Shown: positions 13,870-27,159, numbered from the whole stretch's first letter. The stretch: DNA of 62,482 nt, filler included, from Asterionella formosa (GCA_002256025.1; 4 parts of 4 records of this genome joined end to end with filler, not necessarily neighbours in it), one strand, 5' to 3'. The notes: generated by a model from the letters alone, not told the origin. Numbers and translations are program-made.

Positions 13870-13945
13870 AAAATATTATTGCAAGCTCACATAATTATTG
13901 GTCTGATCACATAATTATTTGATAAGTGAAATAAATTTTGTTTTA
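13870..13945. repeat. Dispersed repeat, inverted copy of 61569-61640
   Basis: CACATAATTATTGGTCTGATCACATAATTATTTGATAAGTGAAATAAATTTTG matches the reverse complement of the 61.6-kb copy. Confidence 0.8.
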
Positions 13946-14903
13946 GAACACATAAATTTGGGTTTGACCCAAATAAATTCTCCAAAAATTCATAGTGACT
14001 CTTCAATTCTATTTGAGTACTATGCAATAACAAATGATGGGAAGATGACATGATGATTGTCATCAAGTCATCATCGATATGTTGTAGTTGTTACTGACAT
14101 AATGATGATGAACAATGACTACTGGTATACCTTAATTGTTACAAGGTCGAGAGTCCAAGATATATATATTCTACCGGTAATATACATACACAATATATAC
14201 TTACTCTACGCTGATAATAATTGGATTTATGCAACACGGAATCCTACATTTAGGTAACGTGCGAAAAGAGGTACATAAACGTAATGACGCGTTGTTTAGA
14301 TACCTTATTGGGATATGGGCACGGAATCCCCTAAACGTAATGCGTTTGCGTTGGGTCTTCACTCACGATACTAGCATCGTTTTTTAGGGTTACCGAAACC
14401 AAAACACTGTTTGGTTGGCGTTTTGGTCGACCGTAGTTATGTACGTAGAGCAAGGGAAATGAACCTGAGCATGCTGACATTGTTGTCCTGTTCTGCTATT
14501 TGGCTGTGAAGCACAACGGATCCCAGATACGGTACCAGTACCAGGTACTGTTCGGTACCAGGCGTCCAGGTACCATTGACACCTTGTACTCCTGGTCATC
14601 TATCTACGAGGCAACAGGTAGCGGTACTTCTAGCTTGCAATTGACACATCGCAGTGCTTAAAAAAAAGCACCACAAATATAAGAATTAAAAGTAACATAA
14701 AAAAACTCGTCCAATTAGTCCGAGCACCTCGTTTGGCCTTTACCAGACCAGACTTTGATTGTCCCTTGCTCGTCATCATCAAGCCAACCAAATATATCTA
14801 GGTGGCTTCTCTAGTACTCCTTCGTCCGATCACCTCGAAAGGAACAGGAACAGGAACAGGAACAGAAATATCTGCAAGATCTGAAACAGCCATCCATCCC
14901 ATC

Positions 14904-15572
14904 ATGGACGAATCTCCAAATCAGAGTGAATCGACGACTCCTACAGGTTCAACCACCCCGAACGGGACTTTAAATGTCAAGCCTGCCTTGAAAAAGAATC
15001 CTGCCCATCCCGCTGGAGGTATTCCGGCAGCAGCTCCATCTGATCCTGTTCCAAAGATAAGCAAGGAGCACATCAAGTGGGACGAAGTCATTATTGAAGA
15101 ACATGACAAGCTAAGGGGCACGAGGCAAAAGGTAAGTGTGATCACCGAAATAGTCGATGGAATAAAATAGAATTCTTCGGAAGAATTGCCGACTGTCGCA
15201 GGACTGCTCTAATTTCCCCATTTTGGACCTCCCACAACAATAAAGATTGACGAGCCGAAAACTCCCTTCAATTACGACTCTGGCGCGGAGAGTGATGGCA
15301 GTCACGCCAAAGCTCCCCAGAACCCTAGGAAGACTTTGAATTTCGCTCAGCTGGAGGAAAAATTGGTTGATGTGGCTGCCAACTATCTCCCGAGCCCTAC
15401 ATCGTCATTCGGTGATCACTCAGACGACGAAGGAAAGAGGAAAGCATTCGAAGAAAATAGAAAGAAACACTACAATGAAATGGAATTGGTACGAAAGTTC
15501 CGCATGGAACATGCTAATGGCGAGGATGATGGCGATGAAGGAAACGAGGCAGATGATGACATGGACTCGTAG
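14904..15572 (+). CDS. Protein phosphatase 1 inhibitor-2 (IPP-2/PPP1R2/Glc8 family); intron 15132-15245
   Basis: KPALKK (SILK-like), HIKWDE (RVxF-like), KIDEPKTPF after splicing at an AAG acceptor, and FEENRKKHYNEM. Confidence 0.9.
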
Positions 15573-15849
15573 GTTGAGGCATTTCTGATGGCGTTATTAG
15601 TTCATATAGTCTAGCAAGAAGCAATTTCCGTTTGGCCAAAAATTTGCCACTCCCTACATTCTACACTACCTAATTGTACATGTTCGATCTTGACGCTCTG
15701 GTAGCATCTGACAGGGACAACGTCTATTAGGCAAAGTTAGTCCAGCAGATTTGCACTGAAGTGCAATGGTCGAGGCCGAAGCGCTCCTCGCATTTACCTT
15801 TCTCCACAGAAAGGAAGATGAAATCGGATTCAGTTTACAAGATAATGAA

Positions 15850-16577
15850 TTAGGGCATTGGAAGGGGAACAAAAGCGGGGTTGATCGTGGAGGCGAGGTA
15901 AGCCATGGTTGCAATCATTGCAAGACGTCCGTTCTTGAGCTCCTTGAGTTGCATCTTCTCGTCAGCCTTAAAGCCAATTCCATCGAAAGCATTGAGGGCC
16001 ATCATGTTTCCACTCTTCATGTAATGAGGCTTCTGAGCCTCAGTCCAGAGCTCAATGACCCCGGCGGAAAAGAACAATTGCCACCATCCACCCGCTGGCA
16101 ATTGCATGGCTGCCTCGAAGGGATCCTTAGAGAGGGTATGGACTTCCCCTGCGTGTTCTCCGGAAAGAAACGAGTCTCCAACAGGATAAGGGATGATTCC
16201 AAGTCCGTTCTTTTGAATCATCCAGCCAGTGGCAGCCATCATAGCTACGCGACCATGCTTAATCTCGGCGGCTCTGAACCAGGCCAAAGTGGCATCAGAG
16301 GCGTAGTTGGAGAAACCAAGTGGATCGAACACTCGTCCTCCAAATTCCTGGGAAGCACCGACCATATCATCGACTCCCATACGAAGCGAGCTGTAGCAAG
16401 AGCCAAATGTGAGCGCGAGCGCAAGCACAAACACTGAATTAAGTAGCCAATACTAGAGCAAACCAAGGATTGAACTTCGGGTGCTTACCTCTTCGAAGCT
16501 ACTCCCGATTGGAGGGGAGTGCCAGTAAAAGCAGACACAGAAGCAGCGGTGAGAGCGAGGATAGCGACGGACTTCAT
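15850..16577 (-). CDS. Fucoxanthin-chlorophyll a/c light-harvesting protein (probably Lhcr-type); intron 16391-16488
   Basis: Presequence MKSVAILALTAASVSAFT, then FDPLGF, WFRAAEIKHGRVAM and KELKNGRLAMIA. Confidence 0.93.
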
Positions 16578-17045
16578 GGTGTACAAGTCGAGAAAAGATA
16601 TTCGACAAACACAGTCGAGGCAAGGAGCGAAGTAATAACAATGTCAAGTTTCGCGTATCTTTCACCTCAACCTCAAATTGGACGGCTCTAGTACTTCTGT
16701 GCGTGCTTACCTGCAAGGAAGTGTGACCCTTACTTCGTCCGAGGGCGGCGGATGCATGTGTCATCATGCACGCACAGAATTACACCCACGACAACAGACT
16801 ATTGGTAAATGTAATATTGTTGTATTTCAGGCATTAAAGAATATACTTTTTCTTCACTATTTTCTCCCACCAGACTACAAATAATACCTAGCCGGTGCAT
16901 CACTCGTATTATACCAGTATGTAAAACGTCAAAAATGCTGGCGGTGTGCAGCACTTAACTCGATCATCAGGATTTTGCGACACAGGAGTGATTCCTTCAC
17001 ATTTTATGAATCACATCGTAGCAAGCGTCACACTAATCACTGCCA

Positions 17046-18104
17046 ATGGTTTTACTGTTTCAATGCTTAATGTTCGTCATTCTCGTGAGATTTACAGATG
17101 CGCTGGATGTTTCTAAAAAGCCAACTATCTCGTTTCGAGAGAAAATTGGGGCGAAGCGACAAGAATTAGTTTTTATGGCCTCACCCTCGTCCGATGACAA
17201 TGATTTGGATGCAACCGATGATATCAGCCCTGAAATAATGTCCAGATCTTTTAAGAAGGCGGTCCTTGGACGATATGCATGTACAAGGTTCCAAAGGTTT
17301 GACGGTAATGCATCGTCGACTCTGGCAGCGTCTCCTTCTAACACTACAGTTGTTGAAACGGCCTTCAAGTGTCTAGATTTGGCACGCCGAGCCCCTTCAG
17401 GCTTCAACTCTCAACCTTATAAGCTATTGTTGGTACATAGTCCCAAACAGAAAGAAGCGATGGCAAAGCACTGCATAGGAGGGAATGCTTATCGAGTTAG
17501 AGATTCTGACTGTACTGCGATATTTCTTGCTGACCGCGAAGTTGTTCGGTCGATGCCGGGGTACACATCCTTCCTCGTGTCCACCAGTGAGAAATGGAAA
17601 GGAAAACGTCTTGTTCTTCTCAAGATTCAAGGCTTAATTGCCATGTTTTCTTCCGGCTACCCGTTGCCACGCATACTTTCTGTGCCGATATCCTTCTGTG
17701 TTCGGACTGTCGCATCTGTTTTGAGTGTACTTATTGGTCGATGGATGCCATTGCCATCGCTGGGTGGCGCTGAAACATGGGCGACTAAAAATACTATGCT
17801 TGTAGCGATGGCGTACATGCTTGGATGTTCAGCTAACGGTTTATCCACTAGTCCAATGGAGGGATTCAATGGACCTGGTATTCGAAATGCGTTGAAAATT
17901 CCACGAAGATATTCCATTCCGTTGATCGTTAGCACTGGAATGCCATATAAGAAATCAATTGATGATATGGAATTAAAATCCGATTCTTCTGATGATGTAG
18001 GCATGAGCCATGGCAAGTCAGGAACAGGTAGTGGTACCCCGAGGTACTCAACAAATGACGTCGTCTTTGGTGACATATTTGGGTCGGCAATGATACAGTC
18101 TTAG
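17046..18104 (+). CDS. Nitroreductase-family flavoprotein with N-terminal signal peptide
   Basis: RYACTRF, ARRAPSGFNSQPY, GLSTSPMEGF and YSIPLIVSTG match the nitroreductase FMN-binding pattern. Confidence 0.88.
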   Translation: MVLLFQCLMFVILVRFTDALDVSKKPTISFREKIGAKRQELVFMASPSSDDNDLDATDDISPEIMSRSFKKAVLGRYACTRFQRFDGNASSTLAASPSNTTVVETAFKCLDLARRAPSGFNSQPYKLLLVHSPKQKEAMAKHCIGGNAYRVRDSDCTAIFLADREVVRSMPGYTSFLVSTSEKWKGKRLVLLKIQGLIAMFSSGYPLPRILSVPISFCVRTVASVLSVLIGRWMPLPSLGGAETWATKNTMLVAMAYMLGCSANGLSTSPMEGFNGPGIRNALKIPRRYSIPLIVSTGMPYKKSIDDMELKSDSSDDVGMSHGKSGTGSGTPRYSTNDVVFGDIFGSAMIQS

Positions 18105-18202
18105 TGTAATGAATTTATTTTCAGCTGTACTCTAATTTTTAAAATCCTGTTGCCCTTCTTCAAGATTTCTAATTCAAATTCAGAAACCAGATAAGTAACC
18201 AG

Positions 18203-18892
18203 TTATTTAATTTGAGTTGTTGGCTTTCGAAAAATCTGCTTGACTCCTTCCAGAGGCTCTACATCCCAGGATTCTCTATGTTCTGTGACAAGAAGTGTTT
18301 CCCTATCAATCTCGTATGTCACCCCCCATGGCCACGCTAAAATAGGTTTCCAGGGTAGATTCAGTTCCAGCTTGACCATGACCCTTGTCTTCACTGTTGT
18401 TCCTCCTGCTTCGTAATCCAACATGTTCGCGCTGTAGTTTGTGATGAACGACCCGAGCCTAGCCAAATTATCCAGAAATCTGTCGCGACCCTTAAAGGCG
18501 ACAAATGGATCGGAAAATAAGCATTGATCATCATAAATTAACTTGTCGATTTCACCCGACAAGAAGTATGAGCGGTCGTTGTCTCTCTGAATTCTGTCGA
18601 AGGTTTCTTGGAGGGACGTGGGAGCCCGGGCCAAATCGATGCACGTTTCTTCATTCAGAATCATTGCATTGCTTACATTCGACCCAAATATTTTTCCAAA
18701 GGCCTCTACAGCGTACCATGACGCCATTGTCAATGGATTCATTTTTGCTGTTTCGGTTTCCTCCTTTCTGTCGTCCTCGACATAAAGCTGATTGAATGGG
18801 AGTCGTTGATTGTTAGTCTGCTTCGCGATAAATCCCGAGACTTGAAGAATCAACTGAAGGAAAAGAATGACCTGTAAGCGAGTAAACAGCAT
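18203..18892 (-). CDS. DUF2358 / SnoaL-like (NTF2-fold) protein, probably plastid-targeted
   Basis: YFLSGEIDKLIYDDQCLFSDPFVAFKGRDRF, LNLPWKP and HRESW. Signal peptide ends VSG-F. Confidence 0.8.
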   Translation of the reverse strand: MLFTRLQVILFLQLILQVSGFIAKQTNNQRLPFNQLYVEDDRKEETETAKMNPLTMASWYAVEAFGKIFGSNVSNAMILNEETCIDLARAPTSLQETFDRIQRDNDRSYFLSGEIDKLIYDDQCLFSDPFVAFKGRDRFLDNLARLGSFITNYSANMLDYEAGGTTVKTRVMVKLELNLPWKPILAWPWGVTYEIDRETLLVTEHRESWDVEPLEGVKQIFRKPTTQIK

Positions 18893-19281
18893 TTTGATTG
18901 TATTTCAGACTCCTTCCAACAAACAAATGATTTTCGTCAACGCAACATTTAAAAATCATGAATTCTTGTTTTAAGGCCGAAGTATAGTTTTTGCCAATTT
19001 TGCTTCCTCCAGATTCAATGGGCACGCGCACAATTGCGTGATGATCAGTGTGCACGTGATGGCTGACGCGTTGCGTTGCATGGTTCGTTCCTGTATCCCA
19101 TCAAGCACTTGAAAACATGATCCTTTCTTTTTGTCCTATCATCGCTAAGCGTGGAGTTTTTAAAAACTGGTTGACCCGACCATGCCCTTGTTCTTGTCCT
19201 GCTAACTCCTTGAGATCATATTTGGATAGCACAGAATTTAAAAAGTTCTGCACGCGACATCAGTAATCTACAGCACTTATT

Positions 19282-20457
19282 CTAGATTCTATGCTCACTT
19301 TGAAAGGCTTCCAAGATTTCCACAATATCTTCCTTGCCGTTGACTTTTGCAGCATCCAAAGCCATGTGACCACGATCATCAGGGATATTTATATCTATGC
19401 CCTCTTGTGACAAAAGAAAATGAACCATTTCCACTTTGCCTGATCTGGCTGCAAAGTGTAGAGGGGTCATCCCTTGACGTCCTGCAAGATTGACAGATAC
19501 ACCTAATGTTCCAATTAAGAACTGGGCCATTTCTACTGTGTTTCGCCGCGCAGCATCATGCAAGAGTTGCTCTGTTTCCGACGTGAGTTTCGCATCCTTT
19601 TGTGCAAATAATTTCGCCGCCTGTACCAAGTGCTCAGCTCGTTCCGCTTTCCCTTGCCTATAAGCGTCCATGATAGCGCGGCAGAGTTGATGAAGCATAG
19701 GATCATCTGGATCTTCTTGAGACACTAAATGTCCACCTCGATTTGCCATCAGGGATGCATTCGGATCTGCTGCATTGTTCAACAAAAGCTCCATGATTTT
19801 GAGCTGAATTGCTGTTGATCCTGCGCTCTCCTCATCCAAAATGCGACTCAAAATTTTCAGAAGGGGCGTTTTCCCTCCTTCTCTTGCATTGACGCAAACT
19901 GGATCTTCGCTGATTATCGCTTCAATGAGACCAATTTGTTCATTCTCGACAGCTTGAAATATGGGAAGAGTTTGGGGTTTCAACAACTGCTTTAGCTGTT
20001 CCAGATCACAATAATCGAACGGAATGGATCCATAATGGTCTCCAGCCGATTTATTTGCACCTGCTTCCAAGAGCTTTTCTATACAAATAATTTTCCGCGC
20101 CAACTCCCCTTTGGATGACTGAACTGCCGAATGTAAGGGAGTGGCTCCAGTAATCTTGTTTGCAGCTTGCACATTTGCTCCAAGTTTTATCAAGACTTGC
20201 ACAGACTCGACTGTTTAAAACAAAAACAGATGAATCAGAATGACTTCGAGAAATGATAAATGGAAGCAACTGAATCCAACAAGTACCTTACCATGACCCC
20301 ACAACGATGCGATATGAAGGGCACTCTGACCAACTTGGTTGGCATGACTTACGTCGACCCCTTCCTCAGTGACAAGCGCTCGGATCCTGTCTGGGTTGTT
20401 CTTTTGAGACGCTGACAAGAGCAGATCCCACTCTGGTGGCGGTCCATGGTCCGTCAT
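19282..20457 (-). CDS. Ankyrin-repeat protein; intron 20211-20291
   Basis: GQSALHIASLWGH joins VESVQVLIKLGANV across the intron. Also GATPLHSA and GMTPLHFAARSG repeats. Confidence 0.9.
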
Positions 20458-23029
20458 CCTGTTGATGATTTTGTAAACATCGCTCCCTGCTCCCACACCC
20501 AGTCACCACAACGAGCATGTACCGGTACGTATCTGTACATGTGGTATGTACCGATAATTCATGCAGTCCAGGTCGCTCTGCATGCATGCTACGTAGACTA
20601 CCTGGTACCAGGGTACCAGGGTACCAGTACCTGGCACCAGAGCAATCCCCACCCTATGGGAATATCGTCTTGCTTTTCGATGAGAACTGTGGGTGTCTAA
20701 GTAATTTTTGGTATCCTTAAGTAATTTTTTTATTTAGGGGCAATATGGGGCACATTGGATTTTTCGGCAGTCAATTTTAGGTTTGAGCAGCAGGGACCAT
20801 CGAGCATTGTCAGGAGTAGAATTTTCAAGGGAAAAAGTTTGCACACATAAAAAATGCATGGACCACTGAATATACCAGTACATGCATGAAAAATAGTCAC
20901 ACAAGAATGATTGTAACAAGCATCAAAAATTCGACATGATGTTGTTAAGCAACTAAAGTATGAAACGGAAATCGAACGGTAAGACTTGAAAATGACAAGC
21001 AGGGAGTAGAATAAAAAGTGAAAAAGAAAATGGGTCAGTGGAAAAATTGTGTGAAAATTTGTCAATGCATTTTCATTAACAATTATCAACTCACACTTTT
21101 TTGTCATTGCAACGAAATTTCAGAAATGTTCAGATTGGGCCTGGAGGAGCAGAAACTGTGGAGGTTTGGTGCTGGCGGTGCAGACTTCTGGTAGTATCTG
21201 GCAGGAGGAGGAGCAGGATGTGTCGAAAACTTACTGGCTGATGTGGGCATTTGTGGCTTGGAAAATTTAGGAGGACAGGTTTTAGTAGGTTGAGAGGGAG
21301 CAATGGAGTGTGTATTGTTGGTGCTGGCAAGATATGTTGCCCACATTGTTTGCAACCTGAAGGCTTTGCAATCTTTATGCAAGTTTTGATAAAAGTGGCT
21401 TGCTAGCGTTCGGAAACAGGAAAAGAATAATTGTACTAGTGTGTGTATATTATACTTTGTGAAAATAACAATCAACTGGCAACATACTCACCTCATTGGA
21501 CAAGCTGGTTTGACAAGTGGATACTGATTTGTTGCATCGTCAGGAAGTGGAGGAGTCACATGGAAATAGCCTTCATCAACGTTCTGGAGAGAAAGAAATA
21601 TGTTTCATAATTAGTATACTCAACCATGGTGGGAACTCAAATACGACAAAAACAATCAACAAGCACATACCTGTCCTCTCTTCCTTGTTGAATACGAGTT
21701 CATGCAGAACACCAGTTCCATCATGATGTTCTGGCTGCTTTGCAGAGTTTGCGATAGGTCATTGAGATTGAAGACTTTTCATTGTCATTGTAGAGGATTA
21801 TGCAGAAGTAAAAAAAGTGATATTGTGATTAGAAAACAATGAAACAAGCAATGCTATTGTAGAGCAGCGGAAAAAACCAACACATGAGCAGTAAAACTTG
21901 TTGCCAAGATCTTATTTGAGATAGTGTAGGTCACGTAGAAATCATACAACAAAATTATAGTTAAAATTTAATGGCTGATCATATCTGACAAAAACACTGG
22001 TTCAATGACAAGATGGAAGCCAAACTTTGACCTAGTACTATAACGTTTTGAGTTTTGATACTCAACGACTGATTGAGGTCACTTTTGAACAATCATTAAT
22101 TTGTTTATTACTACATATCAAATATAGAGAAGTATTTGGCCGGAAAGGCTATCGGAAATCAACAGAAAGGGGAACCGAAATTTTGGTGCCACTGTGATGA
22201 AGCAAGCATGATGCAACAATATGAATCACATGAGAAGTCGAATTATCCAACAACCAGCCAGATCCATTTGATGAAGAGTCAGTACTTGAGAGTCAGTACT
22301 TGAGACATCAATGACCAGATTTTTTATACATCGGAGCATGCTGGAAGATAGCAGGGATGTAAATTGTGGAATTGCCATTGATACTTACAGAAAACCATCA
22401 TTTCATGCCTTCATGTAGCTCCTCCTACTCTCTTCCAATTTCGGCAGTCGATTTTCCTTAAGTAAACGGCAGTCAATTGAGGGGCTATAGATATCAGGAA
22501 TCGAATTCTCTTATTTAAATGGCAGTCGATTTCTGCAATAATATCTAGGGGCTATTGAAAATATTGAAGGTAGTTTGGCAGTCAAAAAAGGAGCATATGA
22601 AATACACAGAATATGTTTTGCATGATGGGCAATTGCAGGATTGTCAAAAACATAAAAACTGTCTTTTACAGCAACTCCCCAGGTACTCCCGTTACTATCA
22701 CATGTACATCAACCGTACAGACAGTGTATCGGTACATGCATTCCGTTCTCATAATATTAATTATGCAGCAAAAGAACTTGGTACCGGTACATTATGTGAC
22801 GTTCCCCTACAGTCGTACATGATATACCTGGAAAAAGTCAGCCAAGGGTGGGGGGGGGGGTGCCGGAACCCTTTGATCATCAAAGCATCATTACAAAATA
22901 ACTTGGCGGCCCTTCTCCTGATATCATACGGGAGTCGACTGAGTACAAGGCACGATTATACGTGTCCTCAACGTCTGGCTGCGACAAACTGACAAATCAT
23001 TTATTTGATGCACCTAATAGACTGTGACC

Positions 23030-25756
23030 ATGGCGGACGCTGTGAATCTCGAAGAGCTCAAGGCAGAGATCGATTCCATTGGCGAGAGGGTCAAGAGCTT
23101 GAAGACGGTAACAGGCGAAGTCGATAAAGATGCAATCGCGGCCGCTGTTAAGGACTTGGTCACCGCCAAGAAGAAGTTTGCTGACAACAACAATGGAATC
23201 GGGGTGGACGGTAAGCCGTTTGAAGAACCCATGACCAAGGCGCAAAAGAAGGCAAAGGCCAAGAACGAAGACATGACCGGTCCTTCCAAGCCGGTGCGTA
23301 TCTTTCTCGTGAACAAATGTGTTAATCAGCAGTGAGTGCGTGTGCTGACACCAACAATCTCCAAACAACAGGTTGCCGATCCAGACTCGAAGGGCGCACA
23401 GAAGAAAGCAGCGAAAAAGGCTGAAGCTAAGGCGAAAAAGAGTGCCTCGAAAGAAGATGGAGTTACCGAAGCCGGTGCTCCTGGAAAGGTCGACGCGCCA
23501 GCAGTGGTCATACCCAAACCTGCATTTACCAAACCTACTTCTCAGTCGCTCCCTCCAGTGCGCATGGCGACCAAAATTCAACCCATGCAAATTCTCATCA
23601 ATCCGAATTCCTTGATAGTCGAAAGACCACTCGTGACCCTGGCTGTTGCAATTATGACAAATACCTTGCTGGATTACGAACTCGTTTCGGACCACTTGTC
23701 TCGCCATTCAGCGTTAGGACTTCCTCATGGCGGGGCCGTTGTAGGGGATTTCGCCATGGCTCGTTATGTTCTTCGTCGTGCTGATGCTGCACATTTGATG
23801 GGAGGACCTTCTCCGTCTCAGCAGGCCGTACTGGATGCTTGGGTGGACTATTCCCAATCGATTTACAAATTTGAAACGGCTCAAAAGATTGCCGCAGTGG
23901 CCATGACATTGGAGCACGCCTTGCAGGGACGTACTTATTTGGTCGGGCAGGGCCTGACTATGGCTGATATTTGTTTGTTTGGAGCTCTGGGATTTCCAGC
24001 CCAACACGAGGAGAAGGAAGCAGTTTTGCTATCATTGCCTCAAGAGGCCAGTATCGCGAAGCGATGGATCAAGATGATGGCTGAATCCCCAGCGATCATG
24101 CAAGCCACTCAGCTCGCTGTCGGGATTGCGGGAAACGCCGAAGCAGTCTTTGAAGAACAACAATTAGAGCCTCTTGCGGATGGCATGAATTATCTTGAGG
24201 GAGCTATTGCCGGTCGAGTTGTCACTCGTTTCCCTCCGGAGCCAAGTGGATATCTTCATATTGGACATGCTAAGGCTGTCTTGCTGAATGACTACTATGC
24301 TCGTCGTTACCAGGGGCGACTCATTTGCCGATTCGATGATACAAATCCTTCAAAAGAGAAAGAAGAATACCAGGCTTCGATCATTGAGGATCTTGCCAAA
24401 CTTGATGTGAAGCCTGATTTGACTGTTTTCACTTCTGACTACTTCGAAACTCTCAGGGGCTTTGCCGAATTTATGATCCAGAATGGTACGGCTTACATGG
24501 ATGATACTCCTCAGGAGCAAATGAAAGAAGAGCGTATGCAGCGACAAAATTCTAAACATCGTAATCAGGAACCATCTGAGAGTATGAAACTCTTCAAGGA
24601 CATGTGTAGTGGAAGTGAAGAGGGTGGCAAATGGTGTCTGCGAGCCAAAATTGACATGCAAAGTGTAAATGGCACGATGCGTGACCCTGTGTTGTTTAGA
24701 CAGAATCTAACTCCTCACCATCGAACTGGAACAACTTTCAAGGCATATCCCACCTATGATTTGGCTTGCCCAATTGTTGACTCATTGGAGGGAGTTACCC
24801 ACGCATTGCGTACGACGGAGTACAATGATCGCGATGAGCAGTATCAATGGATACAGTCTGCATTAAAGCTTCGACCAACTCGCATTCATGGATTTGCCCG
24901 CATTAACTTCACTAATACAGTCATGAGTAAGCGCAAGTTGACTTGGTTTGTCGACACTGGTAATGTCACAGGTTGGGATGATCCTCGTTTTCCTACCGTT
25001 CGTGGCGTGGTTCGTCGAGGTATTGATATCACGGCTCTTCGAAACTTTATGTACTCTCAAGGTGCATCCCGTCGCGTCGTCACCATGGAATGGAGTAAAT
25101 TCTGGGCCGAGAATAAGAAGGAGATTGACAAGACAGCAAAGCGATTCATGGCGATCGACAAGGAGAAACACATGAAATTAATTATCACAAATGGGCCTGA
25201 AGGTAGCAGCAATGCATTTTTGACTACTGACCGTCATCCAAAGATTCCAGAGCTTGGCAAACGTATCATTCGTCTCTCGAAGGAAGTTCTCCTCGAGTCC
25301 GTTGACGCAGAAAGTATTGAACTCGGTGAGTTGATCGTTCTTATTCGATGGGGTGTTTTTAAGGTCACCAAGGTCGATGGAAGCCTTGAGGCAATTTTCG
25401 TTCCTGATGGAAATTTCAAGGAAGCAAAGAAAAAGCTGAGCTGGCTCGCTGATGTACCAACCAATACCAAGTGCATCCTGACGGAATTCGATAACCTCTT
25501 GACGAAGGACAGATTAGAGGAAGAGGACAACTTTGAAGATTATATCAATCCAAACACGATCGCCGAGACGGAAGTTATTGGTGATGCTCTTCTCAAGACC
25601 CTTCAGCAGCACGATATCGTCCAATTGGAAAGACGCGGATACTATCGCGTAGATCGTCCCTACCTCAGCGAGGAAAAACCTCTTATGTTGTTCATGGTTC
25701 CCGATGGTAAGACCAAGGCTATGGGTGGTTTGGCAGGAAAGCTTGCACATCGCTAA
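23030..25756 (+). CDS. Cytosolic glutamate--tRNA ligase with N-terminal WHEP-like and GST-C-like domains; intron 23294-23371
   Basis: VTRFPPEPSGYLHIGH (HIGH motif), RFDDTNP, THALRTTEY, MSKRKL and QLERRGYYRVD. Confidence 0.96.
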
Positions 25757-25938
25757 ATTAGTGTTAGAGCATCACTATGATACCAGAAGTTGAAGCACAC
25801 GCGAAATCTTGGCTTAAGTTACGTATCCGACTCGTCTCTACCTTTTTTCGTTTTGACAGCCTAAGTTAGGCATAGATATATTATCAAGAATAACACCGGT
25901 AGAAAACTGAGACCAGATGACGATTGCGAGACCTTTGC

Positions 25939-26772
25939 CTATATTTCTGGGTTGTTAATGAATATGCCATTCATCGCATCCTTGTCAACAACCCAGAGTA
26001 ATGTATTTTCGGTACCCTCCGAATTCGGTTGAACCCCGCCACATGGGTATGGAATCGGTTCCTTCATAATGGCTACATATACATTTCCTCCTTCCATAAC
26101 AGTGTTAGTTGTGGAGACGGAGTCAAATATAGCGTGAAGAATAGGTGCCTTGGATTCACCGGCTCCACAAAATATAACGTGCCGAGTCATTTTGTTGAGC
26201 AAGGGGTACGTCAAGGTAATTCTGCAAGGAGGATACTTCGGAGAATCTTCAATTGGAGCAACCAACAGGGTTTCTTCTTTGAGCAAGGCATGGTCAGGAA
26301 ATAAGGAACATGTATGGCCATCAGGTCCAAAGCCAAGAACAGCCAAGTCAAGTTGCCCTCCTGACTTGCCCACGACATTCTTAACAACGGCCTCATAGTT
26401 TTTGGCAACTGCTTCGGTTGATTCTTTCAGCTTGTCCTCATTGATCCCAAAGATTTGGCTGCTGGGAACGGGGATTGAGGTGAAGAGCTCCGCCTGGAGG
26501 GCTCCAAGATTAGAATCAGGGTCATTGGCCGTCACGCAGCGTTCATCTGCTAATATAACAAACCATGAATCAAAATTTGGGTCAACAGAATTCTCCTCGA
26601 AAGCGTCCTTCATTGACGACAAGAAAGCAGGAAGGGAACCGCCGCTAAGCGCGATAGTAAAGACCCCTCGGCTTTTGATAGCTTCAGCGCACACACTAAC
26701 GATGGCACGATTTAAGTAAGATGGGACCTTGGCCTTGGATTGCGAAACGATCAACGAAGCCTTGTATACCAT
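25939..26772 (-). CDS. pgl: 6-phosphogluconolactonase
   Basis: FTIALSGGSLP, ADERCV, LGFGPDGHTCSLFP and DSPKYPPCRITLT. Confidence 0.95.
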   Translation of the reverse strand: MVYKASLIVSQSKAKVPSYLNRAIVSVCAEAIKSRGVFTIALSGGSLPAFLSSMKDAFEENSVDPNFDSWFVILADERCVTANDPDSNLGALQAELFTSIPVPSSQIFGINEDKLKESTEAVAKNYEAVVKNVVGKSGGQLDLAVLGFGPDGHTCSLFPDHALLKEETLLVAPIEDSPKYPPCRITLTYPLLNKMTRHVIFCGAGESKAPILHAIFDSVSTTNTVMEGGNVYVAIMKEPIPYPCGGVQPNSEGTENTLLWVVDKDAMNGIFINNPEI

Positions 26773-26986
26773 CTCGCCGTTAGAATTAAGAAGTAAGCAG
26801 CACTTGTGACACAGTTGATAAGATGCTATCTAAAGACGAATTGGCCTGTTAGTGCCCTGCTGTAATGGTAGGTCCAACAAGTTGTGACTTGAGGCCGTTC
26901 CAGCAGTACTTTTTACTAGGTTAGTATGTATCTACGTAGATGGTACAACCACGTTGTACCAGTACCCATCAAGTACTATGGATATC

Positions 26987-27159
26987 TGATTCATCAGTTG
27001 GTGCGGTAATCGGTAAGTCACCAATTCCCCGGAGAACCCGAGCAATCTCGTTCCCGTATTTATCACTCCTCTTGAATCAATAACCCAATAGTTTGATTGA
27101 CCATAATAGAATAATACTTGCTTAGAATATGCAAATCCCTAATCCCTATCCATGCATCA
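26987..27159 (-). repeat. 3' LTR (about 173 bp) of the Copia element
   Basis: TG...CA ends with a 7/8 inverted match (TGATTCAT / ATGCATCA), directly after the PPT TTGGGGAGG. Confidence 0.7.

Noticed and set aside
15766..16437. 223-aa + strand ORF
   Set aside because: Antisense shadow of the LHC gene with no independent protein features.
22997..23707. 236-aa - strand ORF
   Set aside because: Antisense shadow of the GluRS gene.
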